Source: an uncultured Spirochaetota bacterium (lineage in GTDB: Bacteria; Spirochaetota; Brevinematia; Brevinematales; JAOACQ01). From it: a DNA stretch of 64,000 nucleotides. Shown here piece after piece: positions 9,084 through 20,980 of the stretch (positions are counted from its first letter, which is position 1; every line of letters starts with the position of its first letter). The notes beneath the pieces are model-generated. The model ran no database searches and was not told the origin of the DNA. It saw only the letters and a list, made by a program, of their open reading frames with translations. Where the stretch lies: contig CAWAOD010000009.1 in assembly GCA_963783575.1 (NCBI GenBank), positions 416,001 to 480,000 of the forward strand. Reading direction: 5' to 3'. A program made the translations under genes and the position numbers.

Positions 9084-10509
9084 TTATACCCGGATTTCCG
9101 ATTTGACACCGATAAACTCTTTGTTCTTTTCAAGAATCGGATCGACAAATTCCTTGATCATTTCCTCAGTCTGTTCCGAAGCCCGCCCTGTATAAGTCGA
9201 CAGGTTTCCGACCTTATCCCATGAGGAATCAGTTATATTAAATTTACCGCTTTTTTTCATTTCCGAAAGCATATCATAGGCTTCACCTTTACGGATTGCC
9301 TCTACCTGTTTCATCGCATACCGGCGGATTTCCTCGTGCAGTTCTTGCCTATTCCCTCCAGTGTTTTACCGCTTCCATCAGGATATTCTCGGTTGCAAAA
9401 AAAGGGAGATTATTCAGGAGATTTGTCCTGATAACCTCCGGGTAAACATTAAGCCCTTCGATGAGTTTCTGATATATGATCAGTATCGAATCGGCGGCAA
9501 GAAATCCCTCGGCTATGGATAAACGGCGATTGGCGGAATCATCAAGCGTTCTTTCAAGGAACTGGAAAGCATAAGTATAGACCGCGTTCATTACATCATT
9601 TATAACATACCGGGCAAGAGAAGTCATTCTCTCGGCCAGAATCGGGTTCCTCTTGTAAGGCATCGCCGATGAACCGACCTGGTTTTTATCAAATGGCTCC
9701 TCAACCTGCCATGAATGCTGCATCAGCCTGATATCGTTCGCTGCCCTGTGCGCTGATTGGGCGATACCCGAAAGTACTTCAAGCACCTGAACGTCTATTT
9801 TGCGTGTAAGCGTCTGGCCGCTCACAGGAACGCTTGATCCGAACCCAAGCTTTTCAGCAACAAGCTGGTCAAGTTTTTTAACTTTCAATCCGTCACCTTC
9901 GAAGAGCCTCCATAAAACTTGCCTGCGTACCTGTTGTTGCTTTAACTCCAAGTGTTGTCAGCGAAGACAATCTTGAATCAAGATCGATGTAATCAAGCAC
10001 CAGATCATATAGCCATATACTGATTCTCTTTCCCAGAGTCGTCGGCTGAGCCGGCTGGAGGTGGGTGTAAGCAAGTACCGGCATATCTTTATATTGCAGA
10101 CATTTTTCTTTAAGAGAATTAATAAGGGTAACAAGACGGCTCTTTACAAGGGTCAGCGCTTTTTTAGCTATGATCATATCTGTATTGTCATCAACATAAG
10201 CCGATGTTGCGCCAAGATGAATAATGCCCTTTGCTTTAACGGCAACTTCGCCGTAAGTCCGGATATGGCTCATTACATCATGGTGTATTTCTCTTTCTAT
10301 TTCACGGGCACGCTCAAGATTGAGATTTCCCCTGTTTTTTATAAGATCTTCGATCTGTTCATCCGTTATAGGAAGGCCGACTCTTTTTCAGCCTGAGCAA
10401 GGGCAATCCAGCAGTCACGCCAGCAAAGAAATTTGGTTTCCTCTGAAAACAGCTCAAGCATTTCTTTTGAAGCATAACGGGTTTCTAGCGGGTTTTTATA
10501 AACAGACAT
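9084..10509 (-). CDS. purB: adenylosuccinate lyase, interrupted by three frameshifts (~10381, ~9908, ~9360)
   Basis: MSVYKNPLETRYAS.., HDVM.H, IHLGATS, THLQPAQPTT.GKR, SSAMPYKRNP, ERTLDDSA, G.NRQELHE across frames. Confidence 0.9.
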
Positions 10510-10759
10510 AAATAAATCCTCAAATTTTAGATTTATTTATTATATCATTATTAATTAATTAAATAAATTATAAGACCGAAAATTAGCTATTTATTATAAT
10601 TTTTTACTCAGAATACCTAAATTCTAAACTAGTCCCTGCCATTGTATTGATTTATTTTAATTTTTCAGTTAAAATATAATAAAGTTGCTTCTTTATAGAA
10701 CCCTTTTTTAATAAAAATACAAATATTCAATTGTTCTATGTTTTTATCGGAGGGGGACA

Positions 10760-11857
10760 GTGCCGGATAACAATACCCTGGAAATGTCCCAGGCAATTGA
10801 ACTTAAAAAAAGCATATATCAATCACTCCGTGAAGGCGATCTTAATAAAGCCGAAGAGATTGCTCTTCGCGGGTTGGAAGAAGATTATCAGAATCCGGAA
10901 TATGAAAAATATTTAAAACTGATAAAATTCTGGCAAAACAGGCAGGATTTATTTGAATATAAAGAAAGCAGTGCAGAAAAATTAATTTCCGAATGGGATA
11001 AATTTCTTAAATTCTGCATAGAAAATAAAGTTGACTGCAAAAAAGCATTTATATCGATTAAAGATTTTATTTTCCGTAATATAATCGATCTATTAATCGA
11101 TTCTTACAGGCTTTCACCTGTCCCTGAAAGAGAGACTTTAATACTTTTAGGCCAATCTTTTTATGAGATCGGGATTCTTGACAGGGCAATCGAAACTCTT
11201 GAATATGCAATGTCAATTAATACTGATGATGAAGACGCCCGTATATTTACACTTTTGGGGAATTTATACAGCGAATGCGGTGAAAACGATCTGGCGATGG
11301 TCATGTTTAATGATGCTTTTTTAAAATTCCCTCAGTTAGTGAATTTAGATAATATAGATTTTCCATACATTGTTAAAATCAGGCAGATGGTATGCGATGA
11401 CGGATTTAATGAACATGAAGTACCAGAATGGATCCCTGTTTACGGTTATCTTTATGAAGGGCTTACAGTAAAAAGAAAGATGGAATACAAAGATTATATG
11501 GAACTTAAAGAAAGGGTAACCGATTACGAAAAGACCCTTAAAGTTGATAAAAAGGCAGCTAACATTATAATTCCAAGGCTTATTAATTATTATCTTTGGA
11601 TTCTGGATTATTTTTTGTATCAGGTGAATGCATTTGGTCCTGCGCAGAATGTTATTACAAGGATTCTGGATTTGATTGGAAATTTTCCCGGAGATATTAG
11701 GATCAAAGATAAAATTAAGGGAAAGGCATCCGTATTATTTAAAAATCTTATGGAAAGCAGGATTTCCGCCAGTAAGATCGTACAATCAGTCAGTAAGACG
11801 GATTTATCCACCGATAAGGCGGTGATATTCACCGGTAAGGAAAATAAACAGGTTTAA
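10760..11857 (+). CDS. TPR-repeat protein
   Basis: LGQSFYEIG..DRAIETLE and LGNLYSECG..DLA helices; GGAGG SD before GTG. Confidence 0.7.
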   Translation: MPDNNTLEMSQAIELKKSIYQSLREGDLNKAEEIALRGLEEDYQNPEYEKYLKLIKFWQNRQDLFEYKESSAEKLISEWDKFLKFCIENKVDCKKAFISIKDFIFRNIIDLLIDSYRLSPVPERETLILLGQSFYEIGILDRAIETLEYAMSINTDDEDARIFTLLGNLYSECGENDLAMVMFNDAFLKFPQLVNLDNIDFPYIVKIRQMVCDDGFNEHEVPEWIPVYGYLYEGLTVKRKMEYKDYMELKERVTDYEKTLKVDKKAANIIIPRLINYYLWILDYFLYQVNAFGPAQNVITRILDLIGNFPGDIRIKDKIKGKASVLFKNLMESRISASKIVQSVSKTDLSTDKAVIFTGKENKQV

Positions 11858-11869
11858 TCGGGAGTTGTT

Positions 11870-12781
11870 ATGCCAATAATAGCAGTAGGTTCGCTGGCGT
11901 TTGACAGTATTAAAACCGTTGAGGGTGAAAGGCACAGGATATTAGGCGGTTCACTAACACATTTTATAAATGCATCGAGTTTTTTATCCAAACCTAAACT
12001 CATAGCCGTGGTTGGCAGTGATTTTACCGAAAAAGAATGGGATTTTGTCAAATCAAAATCATCCGATATTTCCGGTATCGAAGTACTTTCCAATGAAAAA
12101 TGTTTTTATTGGGAAGGCTGCTACAGTGAGGATTTTGACCGCGCCGATACAATAAAGACTGAATTGAACGCCTTTGCCAAATTTGCCCCGGTTGTTCCGG
12201 AAAGTTATAAAAAAGAAACCGGCATTCTTTTTCTTGCAAATATCGACCCGGTAATACAGAGGCAGGTCGCCGATCAATGCACTAATTGCCGGTTTAAAAT
12301 CCTTGATACTATGAATTACTGGATAAACAATACACGGGAAGACCTTGAAAAAGCATTTGAAGCTGTTGATGGGATAACTATCAATGAGGGAGAAGCGCTG
12401 CTTTTAACCGGTGAAAAAAATCTTTTAAAAGCAGTAGAAAAGCTGTTTTTATCACATTTCAAACTGATAATTTTGAAAAAAGGGTCCAATGGCGTTATGG
12501 TTTTCGGTGAGGATTTCACGATAACGCTACCGTCTTTTCCGTTGAAAAAAATCGTAGATCCTACCGGGGCTGGCGACAGTTTTGCCGGTGCCTTTATGAG
12601 TTTTATCGATGTTTATAACATAACAAAATTTACCCGGGAGAATATGAAAAAAGCTGCAGCTTATGCGTCGGTTGTAGCTTCTTATGCCGTTGAAGATTTC
12701 GGCCTTGATGGCATCAATAAAATAACAATGAGAGATATTAAAAATAGACTGAGAGAATTTAGAAAAATGGTGGTTTTTTAA
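11870..12781 (+). CDS. PfkB-family carbohydrate/nucleoside kinase
   Basis: LGGS, NEGEA, VDPTGAGDSFAG. Confidence 0.9.
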   Translation: MPIIAVGSLAFDSIKTVEGERHRILGGSLTHFINASSFLSKPKLIAVVGSDFTEKEWDFVKSKSSDISGIEVLSNEKCFYWEGCYSEDFDRADTIKTELNAFAKFAPVVPESYKKETGILFLANIDPVIQRQVADQCTNCRFKILDTMNYWINNTREDLEKAFEAVDGITINEGEALLLTGEKNLLKAVEKLFLSHFKLIILKKGSNGVMVFGEDFTITLPSFPLKKIVDPTGAGDSFAGAFMSFIDVYNITKFTRENMKKAAAYASVVASYAVEDFGLDGINKITMRDIKNRLREFRKMVVF

Positions 12782-12814
12782 TGAAAAGATATTTTAGGAG
12801 GAGAGGAATTAATC

Positions 12815-15527
12815 ATGGCGGATAATGTTATAAAGAAAAAAGAAGATATATTGCTTGACATTGAAGAAAAACTAAAAGAGGAAAAATGGACACGAGCAGC
12901 CATTGAAAGCTACAGCGTTAAAAATTTTATAGAACTGGACAGCTATATCCGTATCGCGATCGATGAGAATTTTAAAGATGAACTGAAGAATCTTTGCCGG
13001 GAAAATTTGAAGCATTACCAGAACAGCGTTGTCGGGCTTTATCTTATCGGAGTATTATCGCTCGAAGAATCGGCTGTTGACGATACTCATATCCCCCAGA
13101 TAATCAAACTTTTTATCGATAATAAAAAATATAAAATCGCCGAATTCCTTGCCGAGAAAATACTTTCTTACAGAGAAAATAAATTTGCGCTTAAAACTCT
13201 TGAAATGGTTTATGAAGGATATGGTAACCAGGACGAACTCTTTAATATCAAAAAAAGGCTTGTACTTATTGACAACAGGGACGCAAGCAACGCGAAATTC
13301 CTCGGCGAATATTACGAAAAGGAAGGCGATAAAGACCAGGCGATGTTTTATTACCGGCTTGCAATTGAAAGATATATCTCATTAAAGAGCGTAAAAATGG
13401 TGGAAGAAACTCTGGAATAAAGTTATCAAGCTCTATCCCGAAGATCCGAATCTTGTAATTAGCATGTCCAGGAAGATTCGCGAAGTACTGGGCGATGAAC
13501 GCGTGGCCGATATGGTTTACAATGATTTTATAAGGCCGGCAATGAAGAATGAAAATTTCACGGATGCGATCAAGGTGCTAAAGGTGATCATCGATTTCAA
13601 ACAGGCTGATAAACAGCTCCGTAAAGCGATTGAAGACTGTTATAAAAATGTATATTCCGATCATACCCAGCTGGATAAATATTTAAAGCTTTCTGCTATC
13701 GGACAGAGCTGGAAACCTCACAAAGAAGCCATAAGGCTTTTTGAAACGCATATAGCCTTCGATAAAGGTATTTACGTTTCTCATAAAAGCTGGGGCATCG
13801 GTGTTGTTAAGGAAATTCAGAATGAAAAGGTAATCATTGATTTCGAGAATAAAAAGGATCATGAAATGTCGCTTGAAGTTGCGCTCCGGGCTCTTAACAT
13901 TTTAAACGGCGATAATATAATAGTCTGGAAAAAATTCAAGACAGAAGAACTGGAGTATACTCTTAAAGAAGAGCCTTTAAATGTTATTGAAATAATACTG
14001 CGCAGCCAGAATGGGTCTGCCGCGACTTCAGAAATAAAGAATTATCTTGTTCCGGATCTGATAAAGGATTCCGAGTGGAATAAATGGTGGGTATTTGTTA
14101 AAAAACAGATGGAAGGCAGTAATACCCTTGTCCAGAATTTTTCAAGAAGAAATATCATTGAGCTTCGCGACAGTGAACTGACTATGTCTGAAGAAATAAT
14201 AAGCAAGTTCAAGAAGACCACGAACTTTGAGAATAAAGTTAAGCTTTTAATCGATTTTATTAACCGGGGAGGCGATATTAATTCCGTATCCGCTTCGGCG
14301 ATGCTGTCGTATTTTACGGAAATTATTAATGCCCTGAGTGAATCCAACGAAAAAAAGCTTATCTCGCTTGTTGCTTTAAAATTCGCGAACTATCAGGAAT
14401 ACAGCGATAATATGGTCGATACATCCATTATTTTCGGAATAAAAAACCTGCTTGATTTTTATATTGCCCTGGAAATTGATCTTAAAAAACCTTTTCTGCA
14501 GATCCTTATGAAAAAATTAAAAGACTGGGAAATTAAATTCGCAGATTTTATCACCCACTCAAATTTCACAAAATTAGACAGGTTTATGCTGAACGAACTG
14601 GAGATTTTTGAAAAATTCGATGTGATTAACGGGATATTCGTATCTTCTATGAACGGTTTTCAGGAAAATCCTGAGCTTTTTGTATGGTTTTCCAAGGTAA
14701 TTCTTGATGAAAGCGAATCATCCCTAAAAAATACCATCGGGATCAAAGAAAGCGAAGTGATATTCAGGCTGCTGTCATTACTGGATATCCTCAATACCGA
14801 GATTGAATCCAAAACAAATGTGGGCAGGAACAAGAAAATTATTTCGGGTATTTATGATATTTTATTTAAAAAGAAAATACTTGCAGATGTAATTGACCAC
14901 TCGGATGAAACCACTGTTAAATCTCTGCTATCTCTCGTTTATTCAACAATGACTTTGGAAGAAGGCATTAAAGAAGAATATGTAAATAAAATTATTGCTC
15001 TTTACCCTAACCTGAAAAAGCTTGATAAACAGGAAAAAATCAAGATAAGGCATCCGTTCCTTGTAACTAAAAGCTCTCTGGAAGCTAAAAAAAGGGAATT
15101 ATCCCGCCTTATGACGGCAGAAATACCGGAAAACAGCAAGGCCATCGGGGAAGCGATGGAAAAAGGCGATTTAAGGGAAAACGCCGAGTATAAAGCGGCT
15201 CTGGAAAAGCAGGACCAGCTTAAAGCCGGCGCATCAAAGCTTGAGGCGGATATTAACCAGGCAAAAGTTCTTGATAAATCCCTTGTGAATACATCGATAG
15301 TTGATGTCGGCACTAGGGTGGTTGTGAAAACAGGGAAAAATGATAAAGAAATTTATCAAATACTCGGCCAGTGGGATGTTGATTTTAAGAAAAATATTAT
15401 TTCTTACCATTCGCCGCTTGGGAAAGCCCTGCTTGATAAAAAAGTCGGTGATACTATAAACTTTGAATTTAACGGCGAGATAAAGAAATTTGAAATAAGT
15501 GAGATCGCCCTTGCGGATTTTGAATGA
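12815..15527 (+). CDS. greA: large GreA transcription elongation factor with long helical N-terminal extension; one frameshift at ~13410
   Basis: C-terminal GDLRENAEYKAA and ISYHSPLGKAL; removing one A in GAAGAAACTC gives ..VEELWNKVIKLYPEDPN.. in frame with 13464. Confidence 0.9.
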
Positions 15528-15607
15528 TTGATTAAACTTGATAGATTACTATATAAAGTTTTTCATTTGGAAAGATTTAGCCATGAAAAATATTTAAGGA
15601 GGGGCAC

Positions 15608-15874
15608 ATGCTGCCGCAGCCGTTTCCTATATTAATACAGATTATCGTCGGGGGTATTGCAGGATTTTATTATGTTAGAATAATAAAAAGGCCTGTTTTT
15701 GGAAATTTATGGGGGTCAATAATTGTCGGAGTTATCGGCAGCGTTCTAGGGGGCTTTTTCCTGGACAGGATTATAGGCTTTCTTGTACAGAATCCGTTAA
15801 CTGTTGATTTTGTTGCGACATTTTTTGGGGCGTTTTTACTTATCTGGTTATTTTCAAAATTGGCGCATCAATAA
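15608..15874 (+). CDS. GlsB/YeaQ/YmgE (transglycosylase-associated) membrane protein
   Basis: three hydrophobic helices, IIVGVIGSVLGG. Confidence 0.75.
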   Translation: MLPQPFPILIQIIVGGIAGFYYVRIIKRPVFGNLWGSIIVGVIGSVLGGFFLDRIIGFLVQNPLTVDFVATFFGAFLLIWLFSKLAHQ

Positions 15875-15897
15875 TTTTTTATTTGAGGGAGAAATAT

Positions 15898-16302
15898 ATG
15901 GCTAATGAATTGGATGAAGTAAAGGTTGGTACAATAGCAACACGGTCTCCTTTTACCGTAAGAGCGGATATGCCCGTATCGAAAGCTGCTGAAAGAATGC
16001 TGAGAGAAAAGGTTCATAATCTTGTGGTGACCGATAAAGATAATAAAGCTGTTGGAGTTATATCGGCCTGGGATGTATTGAAAATTGCTTTCCTTTCGGA
16101 GTCTGGCAGGGAACTGCCGGTATCAAAGCTGATAGAGGGTCAGAAAATGGTCTTTGTTTACACAGAAGTTACTCTTAGAGACGCTCTTGATCTGATGATA
16201 AATAAAAATATTCGGGCTTTGCCCGTCCTTGATGAAAAGGATAATCTTTACGGAAAAATCAGCCTTACTGATATTGCAGTCTTCGTCCGTGATAAAATGT
16301 AA
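15898..16302 (+). CDS. CBS-domain pair protein
   Basis: LVVTD....VGVIS..D and LPVLDE...YGKIS.TD. Confidence 0.85.
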   Translation: MANELDEVKVGTIATRSPFTVRADMPVSKAAERMLREKVHNLVVTDKDNKAVGVISAWDVLKIAFLSESGRELPVSKLIEGQKMVFVYTEVTLRDALDLMINKNIRALPVLDEKDNLYGKISLTDIAVFVRDKM

Positions 16303-16431
16303 AATAAGAGATTTAATTTCAGTAGCGTTTGAATAAAAATAAAGTTCTCGCAACAGAAACATCAAGCTTAAAATCAACATTAACAGTAAATTATTAAATG
16401 GATGCAACATAATGTTGCCCAGGAGTTTAGA

Positions 16432-18483
16432 ATGGGAAAATATCTTGTGACTTCTGCTCTGCCGTATGCGAATGGCCCTGTTCATCTCGGCCACCTGGCC
16501 GGGGCGTATCTTCCGGCTGATATTTTTGTCAGGTACAGAAAATTAAACGGGGATGATGTTGTATATATGTGCGGAACAGACGAGCATGGCGTACCTATAA
16601 CGCTCCGTGCGGATAAAGAAGGCATTACTCCCAGGGATGTAGTGGATAAATATCACCGTGAAATCAAGGAAAGCTTTTATAAAATGGGGATAAATTTTGA
16701 TAATTTTTCAGGGACTTCAAGGCAAAAGCATTATGAACTTTCACAGCAGTTTTTTACCGATCTTTACAAAAACAATTACATAACGGAAAAAACAGAAGAG
16801 CAATTTTATGATGAAAAGCGTAAGCGCTTTCTGCCTGACCGTTATATAGAAGGAACCTGTCCGCACTGCGGTTATGACAAGGCCAGGGGCGATCAATGTG
16901 ATAAATGTGGTAAACTTCTGAATCCCATTGAATTAATCAATCCGCGCAGCGCATTATCCGGAGAAAAGCCGGTAATAAAAAAAACAAAGCACTGGTATTT
17001 GAAACTGCAGGATTTTGAAAAAAAGCTTACCAATTGGCTAAATAAAAAAGAAAACTGGAAAGACAATGTTCGGAATTTTGTTCTTGGATGGATCGGTAAA
17101 GAGGGTTTGAAGGAAAGGGCGATTACCCGGGATATAGATTGGGGTGTTCCTGTTCCTCTTGAAGGCGCCGTAGGCAAGGTTCTCTATGTCTGGTTTGACG
17201 CCCCGATAGGTTATATTTCCTCGACAGTAGAATGGGCCGAAAGGATCGGAAGACCGGACAAATGGAAAGATTACTGGCTTGACAGTGAAACTAGGCTTGT
17301 TCATTTTATCGGAAAGGATAATATTCCGTTTCATGCAATAATATGGCCGGCAATGCTGATGGGCCAGAACTCACCTTTTGTTTTACCTTATGATATTCCC
17401 GCTAACGAGTATTTAACCCTGGAAGGCGAAAAATTTTCCACTTCTCAAAACTGGGCGGTCTGGGTTGATGAATATCTTGAAAATTTTCCGCCGGATCCCC
17501 TGAGGTATTTTCTTGCCTCGAATGCTCCAGAGAGTAAGGATGCGGATTTTTCATGGAAAGCATTCCAGACTAGAAATAATGAAGAAATCGCCAATATTCT
17601 CGGCAACTTTGCAAACCGTACCCTCACTTTTATCAATAATTTCTGCGAGGGTAAGGTACCTGAAGGAGTTTACGGCCCGGAAGAAAATGAGATTTTCAAA
17701 TCCCTAGAAGAAAAAGTAAGCGAGCTTGTTAAATGTTATGAAACTTATAAAGTTCGTGAAGCCTCAAAACTTATGATGGATATTGCCAGGATAGGAAATA
17801 AGTATTTTGATGATACCAAGCCCTGGTTCTTAAATAAAAATGACCCGGAACGCCTTAAAAAAGTAATGAATATGTGCATGAATATACTCAGAATACTTAC
17901 TGTTGCGATGTACCCCATAATTCCGTTCTCCTCAGAAAAACTCTGGAGGATGATCGGGGAGGAAGGTGATATTTTAAAAGAAAGATGGAATAGCCTTGCA
18001 GCTCAGAGAATCAACCCAGGGCAGAAAATCGGGAAACTGGAAATTCTTTTTACTAAATATGACAATCCTCTTATTCAAAAACAGATAGACAGATTAATCA
18101 GTAAATCGAAACAGAAATCCGGTGAAAATATTGAGATGGAACACAGTATAAATACAAAAGTTACAATTGATGATTTCAAGAAATTTGATCTTCGCGTCGC
18201 GGAAATCCTTGAAGCTTTACCTGTGGAAAAATCAAATAAACTTCTAAAACTTAAGATCAAAATCGGAGATACGGAAAAACAGATTTTGGCCGGGATAAAG
18301 CAGTTTTATACCCCAGATCAATTGAAAGGCAGAAAGATTGTCATAATAAATAACCTTGAGCCTGCGAAACTTATGGGGGAAACCTCCGAGGGTATGATGC
18401 TTGCTGCGAGTAACGCGGACAAATCCAGGGTTATCTTTTTAACCCCCGAATCCGATGTCGAGAGCGGCGCAAAAATAAGCTAA
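16432..18483 (+). CDS. metG: methionine--tRNA ligase with C-terminal tRNA-binding domain
   Basis: LPYANGPVHLGH, GTDEHG, Zn knuckle, GKDN, KFSTS, DLRVAEI; AGGAG SD. Confidence 0.97.
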   Translation: MGKYLVTSALPYANGPVHLGHLAGAYLPADIFVRYRKLNGDDVVYMCGTDEHGVPITLRADKEGITPRDVVDKYHREIKESFYKMGINFDNFSGTSRQKHYELSQQFFTDLYKNNYITEKTEEQFYDEKRKRFLPDRYIEGTCPHCGYDKARGDQCDKCGKLLNPIELINPRSALSGEKPVIKKTKHWYLKLQDFEKKLTNWLNKKENWKDNVRNFVLGWIGKEGLKERAITRDIDWGVPVPLEGAVGKVLYVWFDAPIGYISSTVEWAERIGRPDKWKDYWLDSETRLVHFIGKDNIPFHAIIWPAMLMGQNSPFVLPYDIPANEYLTLEGEKFSTSQNWAVWVDEYLENFPPDPLRYFLASNAPESKDADFSWKAFQTRNNEEIANILGNFANRTLTFINNFCEGKVPEGVYGPEENEIFKSLEEKVSELVKCYETYKVREASKLMMDIARIGNKYFDDTKPWFLNKNDPERLKKVMNMCMNILRILTVAMYPIIPFSSEKLWRMIGEEGDILKERWNSLAAQRINPGQKIGKLEILFTKYDNPLIQKQIDRLISKSKQKSGENIEMEHSINTKVTIDDFKKFDLRVAEILEALPVEKSNKLLKLKIKIGDTEKQILAGIKQFYTPDQLKGRKIVIINNLEPAKLMGETSEGMMLAASNADKSRVIFLTPESDVESGAKIS

Positions 18484-18535
18484 TCAACGGTTTAAATAAG
18501 TTTCAAACAAACCTTTTTAATAAGATATATCTTAT

Positions 18536-19606
18536 TTATTTTACTATCCTGCTTTTTATTGAAGCTCTTTTCCCATATCCGTATATCTTTTCCCTTGTGA
18601 ATTTATCGATAACCGGTACAAAAATATTCATTATAATAATGGCATAGCAAACGCCATCCGGGAATATGCTCCAGAGACGTATTGCGACTGTAAGAATTCC
18701 AAGGAAAATTCCGAAGATTATTTTACCGTAAAGGCTTATCGGCGTAGTAACAGGATCTGAGGCCATAAATAGGGAACCAAGAATAAAGCCTCCTGTTATA
18801 ATATGAAAAAGAGCGTTGCCGGTAAAAAACCCGGTTCTATAAGGTAACCCACCGAAAACCCATACGAGAAGCACAGTTACCGCTGTATATGTCACAGGTA
18901 TTACCGGGTTAATAACTTTTCTGAATAATAAATATATAAAACCTATAAGAAGCGCTATGACAGAAGTTTCACCAATACATCCGGGCCTGTTCCCAATAAA
19001 TAAATTAAAGTAGTTGTCAATGTTCATATTATGAACAGATTCCCAGCCGCCGGTTTTCAGCAGGCTTAGTGGAGAAGCACTGCTTACTGCATCCGGCCCG
19101 ATGATAATACGCGAAGCCTCCTTAAAACTTATCCCCTTTACAATTAAATCCAACATTGAAGGAGACCATTTCCCTATAAACAACACCGGCCAGACCGCAG
19201 CCACAAAAATCCGTCCGCCAAGCGCAGGGTTCATAAAATTCTTTCCCAGACCGCCGAAAGCCCATTTAACGATGGCTATGGCAAAAAAGCATCCGGCAAT
19301 GACAACAAACCATGGTATTCCTGGGGGAAGGCAATATGCAAATAGCAGCGATGTTATGACTGCACTTCCATCAAAAGCTGTAAATCCCCGTTTAGAAAGA
19401 ATGTTCATCAATAGTTCAGTCAATATACCGGTTAATAAACTTATTAGTATTATACGAACCGAGTTCATACCGAAGAAAATAATAGCAGCGGCCCCCGCAG
19501 GTAAGAGGGCGATAACGGTATCCCACATCATACTTTCTATGGAAAAACGGCTGTGGATATGCGGAGAAAAAAATGGAGAACCTGCTTTACCTTCAGCTTT
19601 GGCCAT
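18536..19606 (-). CDS. rnfD: Rnf complex subunit D
   Basis: SPHI, FGGLGKNFMNPALGGR, GCIGETS, FMASDPVTTP. Confidence 0.9.
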   Translation of the reverse strand: MAKAEGKAGSPFFSPHIHSRFSIESMMWDTVIALLPAGAAAIIFFGMNSVRIILISLLTGILTELLMNILSKRGFTAFDGSAVITSLLFAYCLPPGIPWFVVIAGCFFAIAIVKWAFGGLGKNFMNPALGGRIFVAAVWPVLFIGKWSPSMLDLIVKGISFKEASRIIIGPDAVSSASPLSLLKTGGWESVHNMNIDNYFNLFIGNRPGCIGETSVIALLIGFIYLLFRKVINPVIPVTYTAVTVLLVWVFGGLPYRTGFFTGNALFHIITGGFILGSLFMASDPVTTPISLYGKIIFGIFLGILTVAIRLWSIFPDGVCYAIIIMNIFVPVIDKFTREKIYGYGKRASIKSRIVK

Positions 19607-20906
19607 TTGCTTCCCCCATTTTTTGCTTGCCGTAACGGATCAACCCTGTTATAGGAATTGACGAAGGGCAGATATATGAACAAGCGCCGCATTCAATGCA
19701 ATCATATAGACCAAAAGTTTCAGCAGCTTCATTAAAAAAAGAGCCTTCACATAATTTTACCAGCTCTGAAGGCTGAAGCCTTACGGGACATGCTTCCAAA
19801 CACTTTGAACATCTGATGCAGGGTTTGTTTCTAACCCTGTAGTTGTTTTTCCCGGGAAGAACTACAATACCCGAGGTATTTTTCAAAACAGGCGTATTCT
19901 TATCATTGATTTCATATCCCATCATCGGCCCACCGGCCAATATTGAATAGAAATTATCCGGCAGATCGTAATCGTCAAAGATTTGTCCGGCTAAACTGCC
20001 GATCCGTACTTTATAATTTCCCCTGTTTTTTACCTGATCACCTGTATAGGTCATTATTCTCTCAATTAAAGGCTTTCTAAATACGATTGCTTCATAAATT
20101 GCATATGTTGTTGCGGTATTTTCAACAATAATTCCCAGATCCTCCGGAGAACCCTTGCTTGGTATCTGCCGGCCCGTTACGGTCTCTATTATCTGATTTT
20201 CACAGCCCCCAGGATATTTCAGCCCCAGTGATAAAATCTTAAAAGAGCCGTCGCCTTTCAATTTCGATTCAAACATATCTATTACATCTGTTTTGTTTTT
20301 TTCAAGTACAATAAAAGCCTTATCCGTCGAGATAATTTTCATAATTATTCGAATACCTTCTATAATTTCATCCGTTTTCTCAATCATTAAGCTATGATCG
20401 GAGGTTAAATAAGGCTCGCTTTCAGCGCCATTGATTATCAGTACGTTTATTTTTTTTTCTTTCGGAAGTGAAAGTTTAATATGAGAAGGAAAAGCATTTC
20501 CGCCCAACCCGACAATTCCGGCATCTTTGATCATTTTCAACAGTTCATGATTTTTTAGGGAAGTATAAACAAACTTTTCCTTATACCAGTTTTTTATTAT
20601 TCCTCCAGTTTCAATAACCGCGGTTTCAACAGCCCTGCATGTCGGTGTATCGATTTTTTCAACCGCCGTGACTCTTCCGGAAACGCTGGAATGGATATTC
20701 GAGGAGATTTCTCCGTCAGCCTCACCGATGACCTGCCCTTCTTCAACAAGATCCCCGATTTTTACCAGAAGTTTTGCAGGGTTTCCTATATGCTGAGACA
20801 TTGGAAGCCTTACAATTTTCGGCATATGGGATTTTATGATGGGATGCGCCCCGGTTAACTTATTTTCTTTCAGCCGAAGGCCTCCGCGGAAAGTATGGAT
20901 TTTCAT
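19593..20906 (-). CDS. rnfC: Rnf complex subunit C
   Basis: QHIG.PA, AGIVGLGG..FP, EPYLT.D, GGPMMG, two CxxCxxCxxxCP motifs. Confidence 0.9.
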   Translation of the reverse strand: MKIHTFRGGLRLKENKLTGAHPIIKSHMPKIVRLPMSQHIGNPAKLLVKIGDLVEEGQVIGEADGEISSNIHSSVSGRVTAVEKIDTPTCRAVETAVIETGGIIKNWYKEKFVYTSLKNHELLKMIKDAGIVGLGGNAFPSHIKLSLPKEKKINVLIINGAESEPYLTSDHSLMIEKTDEIIEGIRIIMKIISTDKAFIVLEKNKTDVIDMFESKLKGDGSFKILSLGLKYPGGCENQIIETVTGRQIPSKGSPEDLGIIVENTATTYAIYEAIVFRKPLIERIMTYTGDQVKNRGNYKVRIGSLAGQIFDDYDLPDNFYSILAGGPMMGYEINDKNTPVLKNTSGIVVLPGKNNYRVRNKPCIRCSKCLEACPVRLQPSELVKLCEGSFFNEAAETFGLYDCIECGACSYICPSSIPITGLIRYGKQKMGEANGQS

Positions 20907-20951
20907 CCGGAATACTCCTTTTTTCGGCAAATATCATTTTTACAGAATAAT

Positions 20952-20980
20952 AATATAGAGCGGTAAACCGTAAAAGTCAA
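20952..20980 (-). promoter_or_regulatory. sigma70-type promoter of rnfC
   Basis: TTGACT-17-TATATT. Confidence 0.55.

Noticed and set aside
9084..10509. purB as a true pseudogene or a programmed-frameshift gene
   Set aside because: All motifs are intact, similar indels are scattered through the window, and no slippery heptamer with a stimulator was seen; assembly error is more parsimonious
12815..13420. Separate TPR-like gene upstream of greA
   Set aside because: Deleting one base joins it to greA, giving the known long form
16303..16431. T-box or SAM riboswitch before metG (also checked before valS)
   Set aside because: No T-box AAGGTGGTACCGCG-like motif or SAM-I core; only a short GCAACAT-A-ATGTTGC hairpin
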